Assembly (NCBI GenBank): GCA_037146775.1
Contig: JBAWWL010000002.1
Coordinates: 198,554 to 262,553 of the forward strand
DNA from: Candidatus Omnitrophota bacterium
GTDB taxonomy: Bacteria; Omnitrophota; Gorgyraeia; Duberdicusellales; 4484-171
DNA: 64,000 nt
Direction of reading: 5' to 3'
The notes beneath the pieces are model-generated. The model saw nothing but the letters and a program-made list of their open reading frames with translations, ran no database searches and was not told the DNA's origin. The translations under genes were made by a program, and so were the position numbers. Of this stretch, positions 1-10,274 are shown in pieces. Numbering within the stretch: the first letter of the stretch is position 1; each line of letters opens with the position of its first letter.

Positions 1-1
1 T

Positions 2-1375
2 AAAGTATTAAAACAAAAAGAAAAAGATTATATTTTCCTGGAATTAACCCGCTCAATCTGCCCAGTATGTAAGAAAACTATTGATGCGCAGATCCGGGTT
101 AGGGATGAGAAAGTATTCATGTTCAAACGCTGTTTTGAGCATGGCGAATTTGAATCGCTTATTTCTTCGGATATCAATCTATACAAACACAGTCTCTCTT
201 TTAACAAGCCGGGAAAAGCCCCGCAGGAATACGGAACCGAGGTAGCCCGGGGTTGTCCGGATGATTGCGGAATCTGCCCTGACCATCAGCAACATACTTG
301 CATTGCGCTTTTAGAGATAACCGACGGCTGTAACCTGTGTTGTGGCAGTTGCTATGCTAAAGCTACCGGTAGTGCATTTCTTGATCTTACGACCATAGAT
401 TTTATGCTCAACCAATACGTTCGTTATGAAGGGCATCCCGAAGTTTTACAGATCAGCGGAGGAGAACCAACGCTGCATCCGCAATTATTCAATATAATCG
501 AATTAGCTCATTCCAAAAAAATCCGCCACGTGATGGTTAACACTAATGGTATTAGATTAGCCGAGGATGAAAGTTTTGCCAGAGAACTCTCGCACCAAGA
601 TATCGAATTGTATCTTCAGTTTGATGGTTTTGCGCCGAAGGCCTATGAGTTTTTAAGAGGCAGTACGGCAGTCTTACCGTTAAAACAAAAGGCTTTAGAG
701 GTTATCGCCAAATACAATATCCCTGCGACCTTGGTGGTTACTTTGGTCAAAGATCTCAATGACCAGCAGATAGGCCAGGTTATTGATTTCGCCATAAAAA
801 ACAGGTTTGTAAAAGGAGTAACTTTTCAGCCGATTATCTACCTAAACGATAGCGTGAGATTTGATCCTATGGATAGATTGACACTTCCCGATATCGTTAA
901 GGCTATAGAAAGCCAAACCAAATCTTTATTTAAGATATCTGATTTTATCCCTTTGCCTTGCTCGTATCCTACCTGCTGCAGCCTTACCTATGCTTTTCTT
1001 AAAGACGGCGCCGTGACTCCCATAACCAGAAAGGTTGATGTCGAGAAATACCTGGATTATTTCTGTAACAGAATCATTACCAGTCCCGCAGCTTTGCTTA
1101 GGAAGTCTTTAGAAAATTTGTGGTCTGCTTCGGCTACGCTCAACGCGCAACAGGTATTAAAGGATTTTACTTGTGTGTGCGGCTTGCCTTTTACGCCGGG
1201 CATATTGGACGAACTAAAGAACAATGTGTTCAGAATAGTGGTTAAACCTTTTATGGACGCGTATACTTTTGATTATAAAAGAGCGATGAAATGCTGTGTC
1301 CATGTGTTGCGTCCTAACGGCAAGCTGATTCCTTTCTGTGTGTATAACAATATATATCGCACTAAAGGGCTATGA
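2..1375 (+). CDS. Radical SAM enzyme with an N-terminal Cys-rich (zinc-ribbon/ferredoxin-like) region; 5' end truncated by the window edge
   Basis: The frame is open from position 2. CxxxCxxC is present (C-NLC-C-GS-C in ITDGCNLCCGSCYA), as is GGEPTLHP. The N-terminus has CPVC...C..H and CPDDCGICPDHQQHTC cysteine clusters. It overlaps the next gene by 4 bp. Confidence 0.6.
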   Translation, partial: KVLKQKEKDYIFLELTRSICPVCKKTIDAQIRVRDEKVFMFKRCFEHGEFESLISSDINLYKHSLSFNKPGKAPQEYGTEVARGCPDDCGICPDHQQHTCIALLEITDGCNLCCGSCYAKATGSAFLDLTTIDFMLNQYVRYEGHPEVLQISGGEPTLHPQLFNIIELAHSKKIRHVMVNTNGIRLAEDESFARELSHQDIELYLQFDGFAPKAYEFLRGSTAVLPLKQKALEVIAKYNIPATLVVTLVKDLNDQQIGQVIDFAIKNRFVKGVTFQPIIYLNDSVRFDPMDRLTLPDIVKAIESQTKSLFKISDFIPLPCSYPTCCSLTYAFLKDGAVTPITRKVDVEKYLDYFCNRIITSPAALLRKSLENLWSASATLNAQQVLKDFTCVCGLPFTPGILDELKNNVFRIVVKPFMDAYTFDYKRAMKCCVHVLRPNGKLIPFCVYNNIYRTKGL

Positions 1376-2241
1376 ACAAAATGCTTATAAGTTTTTTTGA
1401 ATTCTTCGTTGTCTTAAGCGTTATGTTTTTGATATTTTCTTTTCTTTCTCACCTTATCATGAGAAAAATATCTTTTAGGGAGTGGTTTTTGTTCTTACAC
1501 AACAAAATCTATGGGTTAGGGAATGTGGCGTCATCGCTTATCGGAGCAGTGACTCCTTTTTGTGTCTGCACCACTATACCGATATTCACCGGCATGATAC
1601 AAATGGGAATTAAAACTAATATCGCAATATCGTTTTTATTTTCTTCCCCGCTGATTAGTGTGTCGGCGGCAGTGCTCCTGTATTTCTTGTTTGGGATAAA
1701 ATTTTCTGTTTATTACATTGTTGCCGCGCTTATTTTCTCCGTGGTTGGGGGTTTACTGGTAGGCTGGTTGCGGCTCGATGACGCAATAAGCGAAGAATTA
1801 AAAAACAATACTGTTACCGGGCCAAAAAACGCCAATATATATCGTAACGCCGCCAGCTCTTCTTTTCGTTTATTTAGAGACCTTTTTATTCCTTTGGCGC
1901 TGGGAGCAATTATTGCGGGGTTCATCCATAATTATGTACCGGTTAAAGCGATCGAGGCTATAAACGCGTATCCTTTATGGATAACTATTCCTTTAGTAGC
2001 TTGTATTGGTTTTCCCATATACTCCAACATTATGGTGTTGGCGCCGATTTGTTTTGCATTAGCCAACAAAGGAATGAATCAAGGCGCAGTTATGACTTTT
2101 ATGATGTCGGGAGCAGGAATCAGTTTTCCTACCGTGATAGTATTAAGAAGTTTGTTGAAGACCAGGCTTTTTATATATTATGTGTTTTACACATTCATTT
2201 CTTATTGCATGATCGGTTTTATTTTTAACCTATTACGATAA
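1372..2241 (+). CDS. DUF318 / ArsP-family permease
   Basis: Polytopic membrane protein with a TPFCVCTTIP motif resembling the conserved TPFcSC motif of ArsP/DUF318 permeases. ATGA start overlap with the upstream radical SAM gene. Confidence 0.5.
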   Translation: MNKMLISFFEFFVVLSVMFLIFSFLSHLIMRKISFREWFLFLHNKIYGLGNVASSLIGAVTPFCVCTTIPIFTGMIQMGIKTNIAISFLFSSPLISVSAAVLLYFLFGIKFSVYYIVAALIFSVVGGLLVGWLRLDDAISEELKNNTVTGPKNANIYRNAASSSFRLFRDLFIPLALGAIIAGFIHNYVPVKAIEAINAYPLWITIPLVACIGFPIYSNIMVLAPICFALANKGMNQGAVMTFMMSGAGISFPTVIVLRSLLKTRLFIYYVFYTFISYCMIGFIFNLLR

Positions 2242-2243
2242 TT

Positions 2244-2783
2244 ATGTTTGAAGCATTGAAAAGATTATTTGCCCGGAAATACGAAAAGCCCAAAGGGATA
2301 CTTTTGTACGCAAGTGTGCAGGAAGTTATCCAGACCCAGAAAATGTTAGAGACCGAAGGGTTTCAGGTAAGGCTGGTGGCGCCGCCTCCGGAAGTAAGGC
2401 TGGGCTGTGATTTGGCTATTGAGTTTAATCTTATTGAGCAGGAGGCCATAGAAACCACAATAAAAAATGAAAAAAGCACTCCCTACAGAATAGTTTCAAC
2501 GAAAGAAATGCTTCCGGATATTCTTAAGCGTTCTTTAATCGTCGACATTGACGGGTATGTGATGTGTAAAGCCGGGAATATGAAGATTACCATAGATAAA
2601 AGAGAACATCGAATCGTAAATATTTCCGGAGGCGGCTGTCCCGATATCCCTTATGTCGCCGAACAGCTGCATAACCAAAGGATTGAAGAGGCGAAGAATC
2701 CCATTGAAATAGGAAATAGCCTTTGTTCGTATCTGCTGCAGATAGCTTTTGACTCGTTAAAGAAAAAGGTGATAAGCAAATGA
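2244..2783 (+). CDS. Hypothetical protein; the N-terminal ~90 aa resemble DUF3343 (small putative S/Se-carrier-like proteins found next to YedE/YeeE)
   Basis: Genomic context with a YeeE/YedE gene two genes downstream. Weak similarity judged by eye only. Confidence 0.25.
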   Translation: MFEALKRLFARKYEKPKGILLYASVQEVIQTQKMLETEGFQVRLVAPPPEVRLGCDLAIEFNLIEQEAIETTIKNEKSTPYRIVSTKEMLPDILKRSLIVDIDGYVMCKAGNMKITIDKREHRIVNISGGGCPDIPYVAEQLHNQRIEEAKNPIEIGNSLCSYLLQIAFDSLKKKVISK

Positions 2784-3634
2784 TTGTGCTAGTAGGCACG
2801 GTTCCCTATAAAACTGGTTTGTATGTGGGTAAGGCCGCTATCCAAGGCGGGGTTTTGCAGATAGGTAGCGGTTCTTTTTCTATTGAGCGAGGAACTGCGG
2901 CAATGGCAGCTTCGTGCGTGCAGGTGTGCAGTTTTTATAATACAGAGATGCCTTTATGTATTTTTGGAGGAGATATTTCCGACGGAAAAGGAACGGACTT
3001 GATGTTTCAAGAAGTAAATACCAATATCGATGCCTACAAGCCCGATCTGGTTACGCTGCATTATATGTTTCCGAAAGTTAAGTATGGTCAGCCGTTTATA
3101 AATAAAATTGAATCTTTGCAAAAAAAACCACAACTTATAGCTGACGCCGGCGGCATGTATTTGATGAAAACCATCAATAAGGCGCATTTTTTTGATGTGT
3201 TTACTCCGGATTGGGGAGAGTTGTATTTTTTAGCCGACGAATTTGCGCCGCACCCCTTATACGTAAGGAGCGAATTACTCGAGAAAAATGTTTCCTTGCA
3301 ATCTTTGGTGGATGCCGCTTACAAAAAGAATAATACTGCTAAAACCACTATCGTTAAGGGTGTCGTAGATCATCTGTATGCTGATAATATTAAAATAAAG
3401 GAGCTTTCCCAGCCCAACATCCCGGCAATGGAAGCGATAGGCGGTACCGGAGATACTATTACCGGTATGCTTTCTGCGTTAAGGTATATGGGATGCTCCG
3501 ACGCGGATTACAAGGCGCTTACGATAAATCGTCTTATTGGCGAAGAAATCAAATGTAGTCCGGCAACCCAAATAGCCGAATTTATAACAGCGATTCCGAA
3601 AGTTTTAGCTCAGTATGAAAAAAAGATATCTTAG
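2780..3634 (+). CDS. Hypothetical protein with a GGTGDTITGML motif reminiscent of YjeF_C / ribokinase-fold carbohydrate kinases
   Basis: AIGGTGDTITGMLSALRYMG resembles the GGsGDvLaG nucleotide-binding loop. 4-bp overlap with the upstream gene. Confidence 0.25.
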   Translation: MIVLVGTVPYKTGLYVGKAAIQGGVLQIGSGSFSIERGTAAMAASCVQVCSFYNTEMPLCIFGGDISDGKGTDLMFQEVNTNIDAYKPDLVTLHYMFPKVKYGQPFINKIESLQKKPQLIADAGGMYLMKTINKAHFFDVFTPDWGELYFLADEFAPHPLYVRSELLEKNVSLQSLVDAAYKKNNTAKTTIVKGVVDHLYADNIKIKELSQPNIPAMEAIGGTGDTITGMLSALRYMGCSDADYKALTINRLIGEEIKCSPATQIAEFITAIPKVLAQYEKKIS

Positions 3635-4736
3635 ACATTGGTCGTTTCTGGCTACAGGCCCGCTGCTTTCTTTTTTGCTTATTTTGTTTTGGTTCTTTAA
3701 TCAAAATTATTTATCGCAAACAAAAGGGCCTGTCGTGTTGCTGTTGGAAAATCCGCTCATAACCTTTGGCTTGATTATTTTTGGCGCTTTTGTCAGCGCT
3801 TTTATCTTTGGGGAATACAGTATTAAAACCCCGGTTACTTACGAGCCTTTGATTTTTTCATTCATAGGAGGAATATGGATGGGCTGCGGAGCGGTTATCG
3901 CGGCCATGTCTACTCATTCCATTGTGTTGTTTAATTTAGCGGGGATATTTAACCTCACGGCATTTATGATTACTAAAGGCTGGATCTATGCCGCGAGCAT
4001 GATTGTAGGAGGATTCGCAGGGTCAAAAGTATTTTCTTTCCTTATTTTGAAGACTGGCCATCTTAAAAAAGATTTTTTTATTCCGCCCGCATTGATGCTT
4101 AGAAAAAACCAAAAAATTATTTTCTTTGTATTGCTTGGTTTGTTTATTCTTTTTATTTCTGCTGTGGTTTTCTTCTCGGTGCTTACCGCCCAGGAGAAGG
4201 CAGGTTTCCTTTTCGCCGTTATACTGCTTTTTTTGTTCGGCATACTTGTTGAGCGAGGTACTATTTGTATGTCGAGCATGCTAAAAGAGTGGTTCCTCGC
4301 GCATTCTGCTTATGTCTGGCGCAGCGTATTATTTACTGTTATGTGTTTGGCGATTCTTTATCAGGTAGGGCTAAAATTATTTGCGTTTGAGCCGATACAA
4401 TTAGAAAGACATATCCAGAATGTAAGTTTACTCGTGGGAGGGTCTTTTCTTATGGGTTTCGGATTCATATTTGCCGATGGATGCTTCATCGGCAGTTTAT
4501 GGAAAGCCGGGCAGGGCAATATTATAAACATTGTTGGTATTCTGGGAACGTTAATAGGGATAGGGGCGTCAAAGATGGCCGCTAAATTTATCATCATCAA
4601 GCAGCCAGCCGTTCTCGGCCCACAAATTACCAACTATCTTAATATTATTATTCACCCTTTTGTGTTTATTGCCCTCTTGTGGGTTCTGGGCATATTATCG
4701 TTGATAATTTTTAGGCAGAAACACTATCGTTATTGA
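3615..4736 (+). CDS. YeeE/YedE-family (thiosulfate/sulfur-compound) transporter
   Basis: Two-repeat membrane protein with conserved Gly/Cys motifs (FIGGIWMGCGAVIAAMS and FIFADGCFIGSLWKAG), as in YeeE/YedE. Confidence 0.55.
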   Translation: MKKRYLRHWSFLATGPLLSFLLILFWFFNQNYLSQTKGPVVLLLENPLITFGLIIFGAFVSAFIFGEYSIKTPVTYEPLIFSFIGGIWMGCGAVIAAMSTHSIVLFNLAGIFNLTAFMITKGWIYAASMIVGGFAGSKVFSFLILKTGHLKKDFFIPPALMLRKNQKIIFFVLLGLFILFISAVVFFSVLTAQEKAGFLFAVILLFLFGILVERGTICMSSMLKEWFLAHSAYVWRSVLFTVMCLAILYQVGLKLFAFEPIQLERHIQNVSLLVGGSFLMGFGFIFADGCFIGSLWKAGQGNIINIVGILGTLIGIGASKMAAKFIIIKQPAVLGPQITNYLNIIIHPFVFIALLWVLGILSLIIFRQKHYRY

Positions 4737-4777
4737 ACTGCGTGTGATATCGTATTCTTATAGCAAGGAGGTTTGAA

Positions 4778-5521
4778 ATGATCGTTTCCGGACTTAAAGC
4801 TTTTCTGACAACGCTGGAGCACTTTTTATTAGCCGCCTGCCTTTATATTTTTGCCATAGTAACCACCGGTTTAGCGCTTTTCCCCAGCGTATTGTTCATA
4901 CATTACGTATGGACACACACTCTTGGCTATTATTTTATTGTGCGTTTATTGCTGATTTGCTTCAGTCTGGCGGCAGCTTATTTTGTATATGGTTTCAGCT
5001 TGATCTTAATAGTCGGTTTTTTAAGGACCGCGTTAAGGCTAAATCTCAAAGAAGGGGAGTATCATGTAACTTCAATGGGCATGATGAAATGGATGTTTGT
5101 TAACGCACTTTATATACTGGTAGCAATTACTTTTATGGATTTTATTCTCCTTACGCCTTTTGCGGCATTTTTCTTTCGCATTATGGGAGCCAAGGTTGGA
5201 CGCAACGTCCAAATCAATTCTAAAAATTGTGCAGATGTATCTTTACTTGAGATTGGCGACAATACCGTTATCGGCGGCCACGCCACAGTGATCTGTCATT
5301 CTTTTGAGCGTGGCAGGTTGATATTACGCAGAGTAAAGATTGGCAAAAATGTGGTTATAGGGCTAAACTCGGTAATTTTGCCTGGCGCCGATATCGGAGA
5401 CGGCTCCTTTATTACCGCAGGCGCGGTGCTGGGCAAAAATAAACAAGTTGAGCCGCATAGCGTTTATGCGGGAGTTCCTGCTGAATCGACAAAAGAAAGA
5501 AGAGAGCACGACAAACAATGA
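4778..5521 (+). CDS. Membrane-anchored hexapeptide-repeat (left-handed beta-helix) acyltransferase
   Basis: N-terminal TM helices followed by hexapeptide repeats (IGDNTVIGGHATV, IGKNVVIGLNSVI, IGDGSFITAGAVLG). Confidence 0.5.
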   Translation: MIVSGLKAFLTTLEHFLLAACLYIFAIVTTGLALFPSVLFIHYVWTHTLGYYFIVRLLLICFSLAAAYFVYGFSLILIVGFLRTALRLNLKEGEYHVTSMGMMKWMFVNALYILVAITFMDFILLTPFAAFFFRIMGAKVGRNVQINSKNCADVSLLEIGDNTVIGGHATVICHSFERGRLILRRVKIGKNVVIGLNSVILPGADIGDGSFITAGAVLGKNKQVEPHSVYAGVPAESTKERREHDKQ

Positions 5522-7230
5522 AAAAAAGAGTAAGTTTAAAAACCATCACTATTATTGACATCATGGAGGCCATAAATAAAAACTATGGCGATATTACTGC
5601 CGTGCAGATGAAAGAAAAAGACGGAACATTTAGAAAGATCTCTTATGTGGAATTAGGCAGGAGAACGGTTGACGTTTCTTCCCATCTTATTAAGTTGGGT
5701 ATAGGCAAGGGCGACAGGGTTGCAATATATTCAGAGAACAGGCCGGAATGGCCTGTGGCTTTTTTTGGAGCTATTTCTGCCGCGGCCATAGTTGTGCCTA
5801 TAGATAGCAAATTGAGCGAAGCCGAAGTGCGGTTTATTTTAAGCAATAGCCAGGCTAAGTGCATATTTGTTGGCGGAAAATATCTAAGCGTTATCGATAC
5901 CATAAAGACGGGCTTACCGGATTTAAAATATATCGTTACCTTAGATAGCAGTAGCCGGCAAGATATCATTAAGTTGGAAGATTTAAAGCTGGTAAGCGAA
6001 GAAAACAAGAATCGTCCTTTGCACGAAGAGGATACCGCGCTCATAATCTATACCTCCGGTACTACCGGCGTAGCCAAAGGGGTTGAACTTACGTACCGCA
6101 ATCTTATGTTTCAGGTGAGGTGTTTGAGCGAAATAATAGATTACAAGATTCAGGACCAATTTCTTTCCATTTTACCCTTAAACCACACGCTCGAATTAAC
6201 CGGCGGGCTCATCGCTCCGTTGTATGCCGGAGGATGTATCACGTATTGCGATAGCCTAAAGCCCACACATATGCTTTCTTTGATGCAGCACACGCATACC
6301 GTTATGATGATTTGTGTGCCCCTGGTCATCAAAATGCTGCACGAGGGTATTATGGGCCAGATTGCCAAGATGTCTTCTTATAAACAGAAAATATTTAACC
6401 GGTTGTTATGTGTGTCCAAATGGTTATTAAAATATAATATCAGGGTAGGACGTATATTATTTTTTGGGCTGCACAAGCAATTTGGCGGACGGCTGCGTGG
6501 TTTTGTAAGCGGAGGTGCTCCGTTAGATAAAGAAGTCGAGATAAATTTTAACGCCCTGGGTTTCCGGGTATTGCAGGGCTATGGGCTTACCGAAACATCG
6601 CCGGTCATAGCAGTCAACACATACAAAGTTTACAGGTTTGGTTCCGTAGGAAAGCCTTTGCCGGGCGCCCAGGTAAGTATAGTAAAAGAAAATAGTACGT
6701 CGCAGGAAGGCGAAATTATCACCAAGGGAGATCATATAATGAAGGGTTATTTTCAAAATGCCGACAAAACCGTCGAAGTTATCAAAGACGGATGGCTGCA
6801 TACCGGAGATATCGGCCACTTGGATAGAGACGGTTTTCTTTATATAACAGGCAGAATAAGAAATCTTATTGTGCTTGGTGCGGGCAAGAAAGTATTTCCG
6901 GAAGAAGTCGAGCAGGTGATGTCGCAAAGCCCGTTCATAAAAGAAATCTGTGTTTTGAGCAGGATTGCTACGAAAGGTTTACGCAAGGGATGTGAGGAGG
7001 TTTACGCTGTTATCGTCCCAAATCTGGATGCATTTGGAAAACTTGAGCGTGCGAATGAGCAGACAATCAAGGAGGCAATCGCCCAAGAGCTTTCCCGTCT
7101 TGGCGGAAATTTAGCAGAATACAAGCGAATAATGGATTTCGATGTGTGGGATGGGGAGTTGCCAAAAACAGCCACCAAGAAGGTTAAAAGACAAGTTTTG
7201 CTCGAAATGATTAACAAATCCGTAACTTGA
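5518..7230 (+). CDS. AMP-dependent acyl-CoA synthetase/ligase (long-chain fatty-acid-CoA ligase-like)
   Basis: AMP-binding signature IYTSGTTGVAKGV, a GYGLTETS motif and a C-terminal lid domain. 4-bp overlap with the upstream gene. Confidence 0.8.
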   Translation: MKKRVSLKTITIIDIMEAINKNYGDITAVQMKEKDGTFRKISYVELGRRTVDVSSHLIKLGIGKGDRVAIYSENRPEWPVAFFGAISAAAIVVPIDSKLSEAEVRFILSNSQAKCIFVGGKYLSVIDTIKTGLPDLKYIVTLDSSSRQDIIKLEDLKLVSEENKNRPLHEEDTALIIYTSGTTGVAKGVELTYRNLMFQVRCLSEIIDYKIQDQFLSILPLNHTLELTGGLIAPLYAGGCITYCDSLKPTHMLSLMQHTHTVMMICVPLVIKMLHEGIMGQIAKMSSYKQKIFNRLLCVSKWLLKYNIRVGRILFFGLHKQFGGRLRGFVSGGAPLDKEVEINFNALGFRVLQGYGLTETSPVIAVNTYKVYRFGSVGKPLPGAQVSIVKENSTSQEGEIITKGDHIMKGYFQNADKTVEVIKDGWLHTGDIGHLDRDGFLYITGRIRNLIVLGAGKKVFPEEVEQVMSQSPFIKEICVLSRIATKGLRKGCEEVYAVIVPNLDAFGKLERANEQTIKEAIAQELSRLGGNLAEYKRIMDFDVWDGELPKTATKKVKRQVLLEMINKSVT

Positions 7231-7379
7231 AAATTACCACTTTTGTAAAAGACAAAAATCAATAACATAATGTTATTCTGTATACAGAGGATTATCCAGA
7301 TGATATAATTTTGTTTACGAATCACGTTCCTCGGCCCACGAGAATTAATTTTTAAGACCAGGTAGGAGGGAGAACATAG

Positions 7380-8435
7380 ATGCCTAAAATAGGTATTCTT
7401 ACGAATCGTTCAGATACGTCTTACGTTTTCATGCACAGTGTGTACGACTTTGAAGATTGCATTGTGAAGGCCACGGGGGGCGAATTAGTTTACGTTCCGC
7501 CGAGAAAGTACGATCTTGTGAACAAATGTAAACGCAAAGTTAAATTAGACGGTGTTCGCCTAAAAGATTCCTATGATGTGTTGTTTTGCGTGAGCCTTAA
7601 TTTTGGCACGGCCCTGGAAGATGTTCTTAACTGGCGTGACCGCTGCAAGTACTGTATATGCTATATTTACGATACCTGGCCGAATATTACTAAATATGAT
7701 GAGGCAGCTATACGCCGTACTCTGAAGCATGTTGACCTATTGTGTTTTTCTTTCCCGGAATCTATCAGTTATTTTAAAATCTTACTTAACCCTCTTCCTT
7801 TCTGGGTTCCCCAGGCTATCAATCCGGACAGATTCTACTATGTTCCCAAGCTTGATCGCGGGGTCGGTGTGTATATGTTTGGCAGACAACCGCAAGGTGT
7901 CTTTGAGAAAGTGAAATCTTACTGTATGAGCCGTAATTTTTTGATGATGCAGCATAATAGGTTGCCTTTCCCCGAAGGAAAAGTGTTGGATTGGGAAGAT
8001 GCCTACACTATGCATGCCCAGCTGCTGTTGCACGCGAAAGTTACTTTAAACTGGACAATGCAGTTAACCCATCCTTCGAGAATAATTTCTTCGACCACCA
8101 CGAGGTGGTTTGAGCCGGCTGCCACCGGCTGTTTGGTGATAGGCAACGAGCCCAGCGATGGAGAGTTCCAAAAGCTTTTTCCTATCCCCGGATTTGTCCG
8201 CAAAGTAGATAACGATTTTGGAAACCTAACTGCGCTCATAGAAGAAGCGATCCAGGATAAAGACAGCGAAGATCTTCGCAGACAATTGGCTGAGCATACC
8301 AGAAACCATCATACGTGGTATCATCGAATTGCGCGTATGCTTAACAGGGCTAAGTTAAGCCATTTGCTCAAGTCCGAATATCAGAAATATCTGACAGAAG
8401 ATGGCTTGGGAAATATAGCCGGCCCCCAAGATTAA
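7380..8435 (+). CDS. Putative glycosyltransferase (CgeB-like GT-B C-terminal domain)
   Basis: Strong SD (AGGAGGGAG) upstream. The C-terminal TRWFEPAATGCLVIGN resembles the Glyco_trans_1_2 (CgeB) motif. Confidence 0.3.
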   Translation: MPKIGILTNRSDTSYVFMHSVYDFEDCIVKATGGELVYVPPRKYDLVNKCKRKVKLDGVRLKDSYDVLFCVSLNFGTALEDVLNWRDRCKYCICYIYDTWPNITKYDEAAIRRTLKHVDLLCFSFPESISYFKILLNPLPFWVPQAINPDRFYYVPKLDRGVGVYMFGRQPQGVFEKVKSYCMSRNFLMMQHNRLPFPEGKVLDWEDAYTMHAQLLLHAKVTLNWTMQLTHPSRIISSTTTRWFEPAATGCLVIGNEPSDGEFQKLFPIPGFVRKVDNDFGNLTALIEEAIQDKDSEDLRRQLAEHTRNHHTWYHRIARMLNRAKLSHLLKSEYQKYLTEDGLGNIAGPQD

Positions 8436-8453
8436 AAAGCATCAATTTTTAAA

Positions 8454-9161
8454 ATGAAAATACGTACCATGAAAGTCTTTTTTTCGTTAAGTATTTTCTT
8501 GGCCTGTTTTTTATGGCCCGGTTATCTCGTGGCCCAGGACGCCGCAGAGAAGATTGTGTATGAGGTATCTCCGCTTTTAGGAGTCTCGGAATATCAGGAC
8601 ATGGGCTTGGTTGATTTTCATGGACGGCGGGTGAACCTGACAATTTTCTATACCAATGTAGCAGGCTTAAAAGATACGGAAAAAATCTACAGCGATCCCA
8701 AGACTAACCTGCCGCTGTGGGTAGAGCGGGATGTCTCTTTGTGGTTGAGGAGGGAATATCTGACCGAAGAGTACGTTTCCTCTGAAAACCGATTAACCAT
8801 AACCAAATTTGTAAGAGGTAAAGAAATAGCAAAATATTCATATCAGGGAAAAGGCCCGATACATAACGCAATACTTCTTCCCTTTGTACTGCGCAAGATG
8901 CCCGAATTGAAACCCGGTTGGTCGTGTAAGATAAGGTTCCCCAATGAATTTACGGTAAAGTTCGTTGGCATAGAGGATGTGAGTGTTCCTGCGGGAAAAT
9001 TTAAAGCCTATCATATTACCAGCACGCCGCATCAATTCGAGATTTGGATCAGCGCCGATAAAGAGCGGTTGCCGGTGAAAATAAAAGGCATCGGAGTATT
9101 TTCTTATACTTTGGCGATGAAACAGCGTATTGTTGGAACGAAAGAGGGGCAGGCGCGTTGA
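8454..9161 (+). CDS. Secreted hypothetical protein (signal peptide)
   Basis: N-terminal signal peptide MKIRTMKVFFSLSIFLACFLWPGYLVAQD. No recognisable catalytic motif. Confidence 0.3.
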   Translation: MKIRTMKVFFSLSIFLACFLWPGYLVAQDAAEKIVYEVSPLLGVSEYQDMGLVDFHGRRVNLTIFYTNVAGLKDTEKIYSDPKTNLPLWVERDVSLWLRREYLTEEYVSSENRLTITKFVRGKEIAKYSYQGKGPIHNAILLPFVLRKMPELKPGWSCKIRFPNEFTVKFVGIEDVSVPAGKFKAYHITSTPHQFEIWISADKERLPVKIKGIGVFSYTLAMKQRIVGTKEGQAR

Positions 9162-9631
9162 AATGGAAGTTTAAGAAAATTCTTGTCCGATTGTTCAAGT
9201 TGAATAATACGCCGCAGGAAATTGCACTGGGAACCGCGATAGGAGTTTTTATCGCCATTCTGCCGGTTTACGGGCTGCATACCGTGATGGTCATTGTTGC
9301 TGCTATCCTGGTCAGGCCAGCCAATAAAATCGCTATTCTTTTAGGAACGAACATTTCTTTACCCCCGACCGTTCCTTTTATAACCTGGGCAGGCTATGAA
9401 ATCGGTAGGCTTATCTTAAAGGGTAATTACGAACCCTTGGCCTGGTCGGATTTCAAAAATATAACATTCAAAAATATCTCCAGCCACTATAAACCGCTAT
9501 TTTTAGGCAGCGTAATTCTAGGGATTATCTGTGCGATTGTATTTTACTTTCTCATCTTTTTTTTAGTGCGGAAGATAAAAAACAGAAAGAAGCATGCCCG
9601 AAGAACCAAAAATACATATCAGAAAGTTTGA
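9158..9631 (+). CDS. DUF2062 family membrane protein
   Basis: The N-terminus with TPQEIALGTAIGVFIAILPVYGLHT is the hallmark of DUF2062. Confidence 0.5.
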   Translation: MKWKFKKILVRLFKLNNTPQEIALGTAIGVFIAILPVYGLHTVMVIVAAILVRPANKIAILLGTNISLPPTVPFITWAGYEIGRLILKGNYEPLAWSDFKNITFKNISSHYKPLFLGSVILGIICAIVFYFLIFFLVRKIKNRKKHARRTKNTYQKV

Positions 9632-10247
9632 AGTAAAAGACCGCCAAGTCGTCAGGTCTATCATCCATGATGCTGCGCTTATGGGAGATTCTGCCTCGCT
9701 GTTTTTCGAAGGAAGGGAGATTATCAGCGATGCGCTTAGCCTGTACTTCACCGATTACGAGCCGGAGTCTTGTTTTGTCGCCGAGGTTAACTCGGTTGTC
9801 GCCGGCTGCTTAATTGGTGCGAAAAATAAAACTGTTTCGGAAAAAGTCATTGCCGTAAAAATTTCTCCTCGTTTATTTTGGAAAGCCTTGAATATGGGCG
9901 CTTTCTTACAGAAGAAAAATATTATTTTTATCTTTCGCTGTGTGTCCGGATTATTTACCGACGGCCTGAAGACTCCGGATGTGACCAAAGAATATCCGGC
10001 TACCTTGCATATCAATATAAAAAAAGAATTCCGCGGCCTTCACGTTGGTTCAAACCTGATGGGCGCTTTCCTGGAGTATCTTAAAGAAAATAAAATTTCC
10101 GGTGTGCATTTAGCTACGATGTCCGATGCGGCGGCGAACTTTTTCTCTAAACATGGTTTTGAGTTGCTTTATAAAGGTAAGAGATCTTATTTTCGGCACA
10201 TATTGCACAGAGATGTGCCTCTTTATCTGTACGGCAAGAAGCTATAA
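9594..10247 (+). CDS. GNAT-family N-acetyltransferase
   Basis: The N-terminal IRKFEVKD start and an acetyl-CoA-binding-like region (LHINIKKEFRGLHVGSNLMGAFLEYLKENKISGVHLAT). Confidence 0.4.
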   Translation: MPEEPKIHIRKFEVKDRQVVRSIIHDAALMGDSASLFFEGREIISDALSLYFTDYEPESCFVAEVNSVVAGCLIGAKNKTVSEKVIAVKISPRLFWKALNMGAFLQKKNIIFIFRCVSGLFTDGLKTPDVTKEYPATLHINIKKEFRGLHVGSNLMGAFLEYLKENKISGVHLATMSDAAANFFSKHGFELLYKGKRSYFRHILHRDVPLYLYGKKL

Positions 10248-10274
10248 AATTTTCAAACATAAAAAGATGCGTTT

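Noticed and set aside
1713-4633. Several 60-100 aa minus-strand ORFs (1713-1925, 2587-2799, 2954-3187, 3986-4279, 4361-4633)
   Set aside because: All are antisense to the continuous + strand operon and none has a recognisable motif.
5643-6044. 133-aa minus-strand ORF
   Set aside because: It lies antisense inside the well-supported acyl-CoA synthetase gene and has no motif or RBS. Typical shadow ORF.
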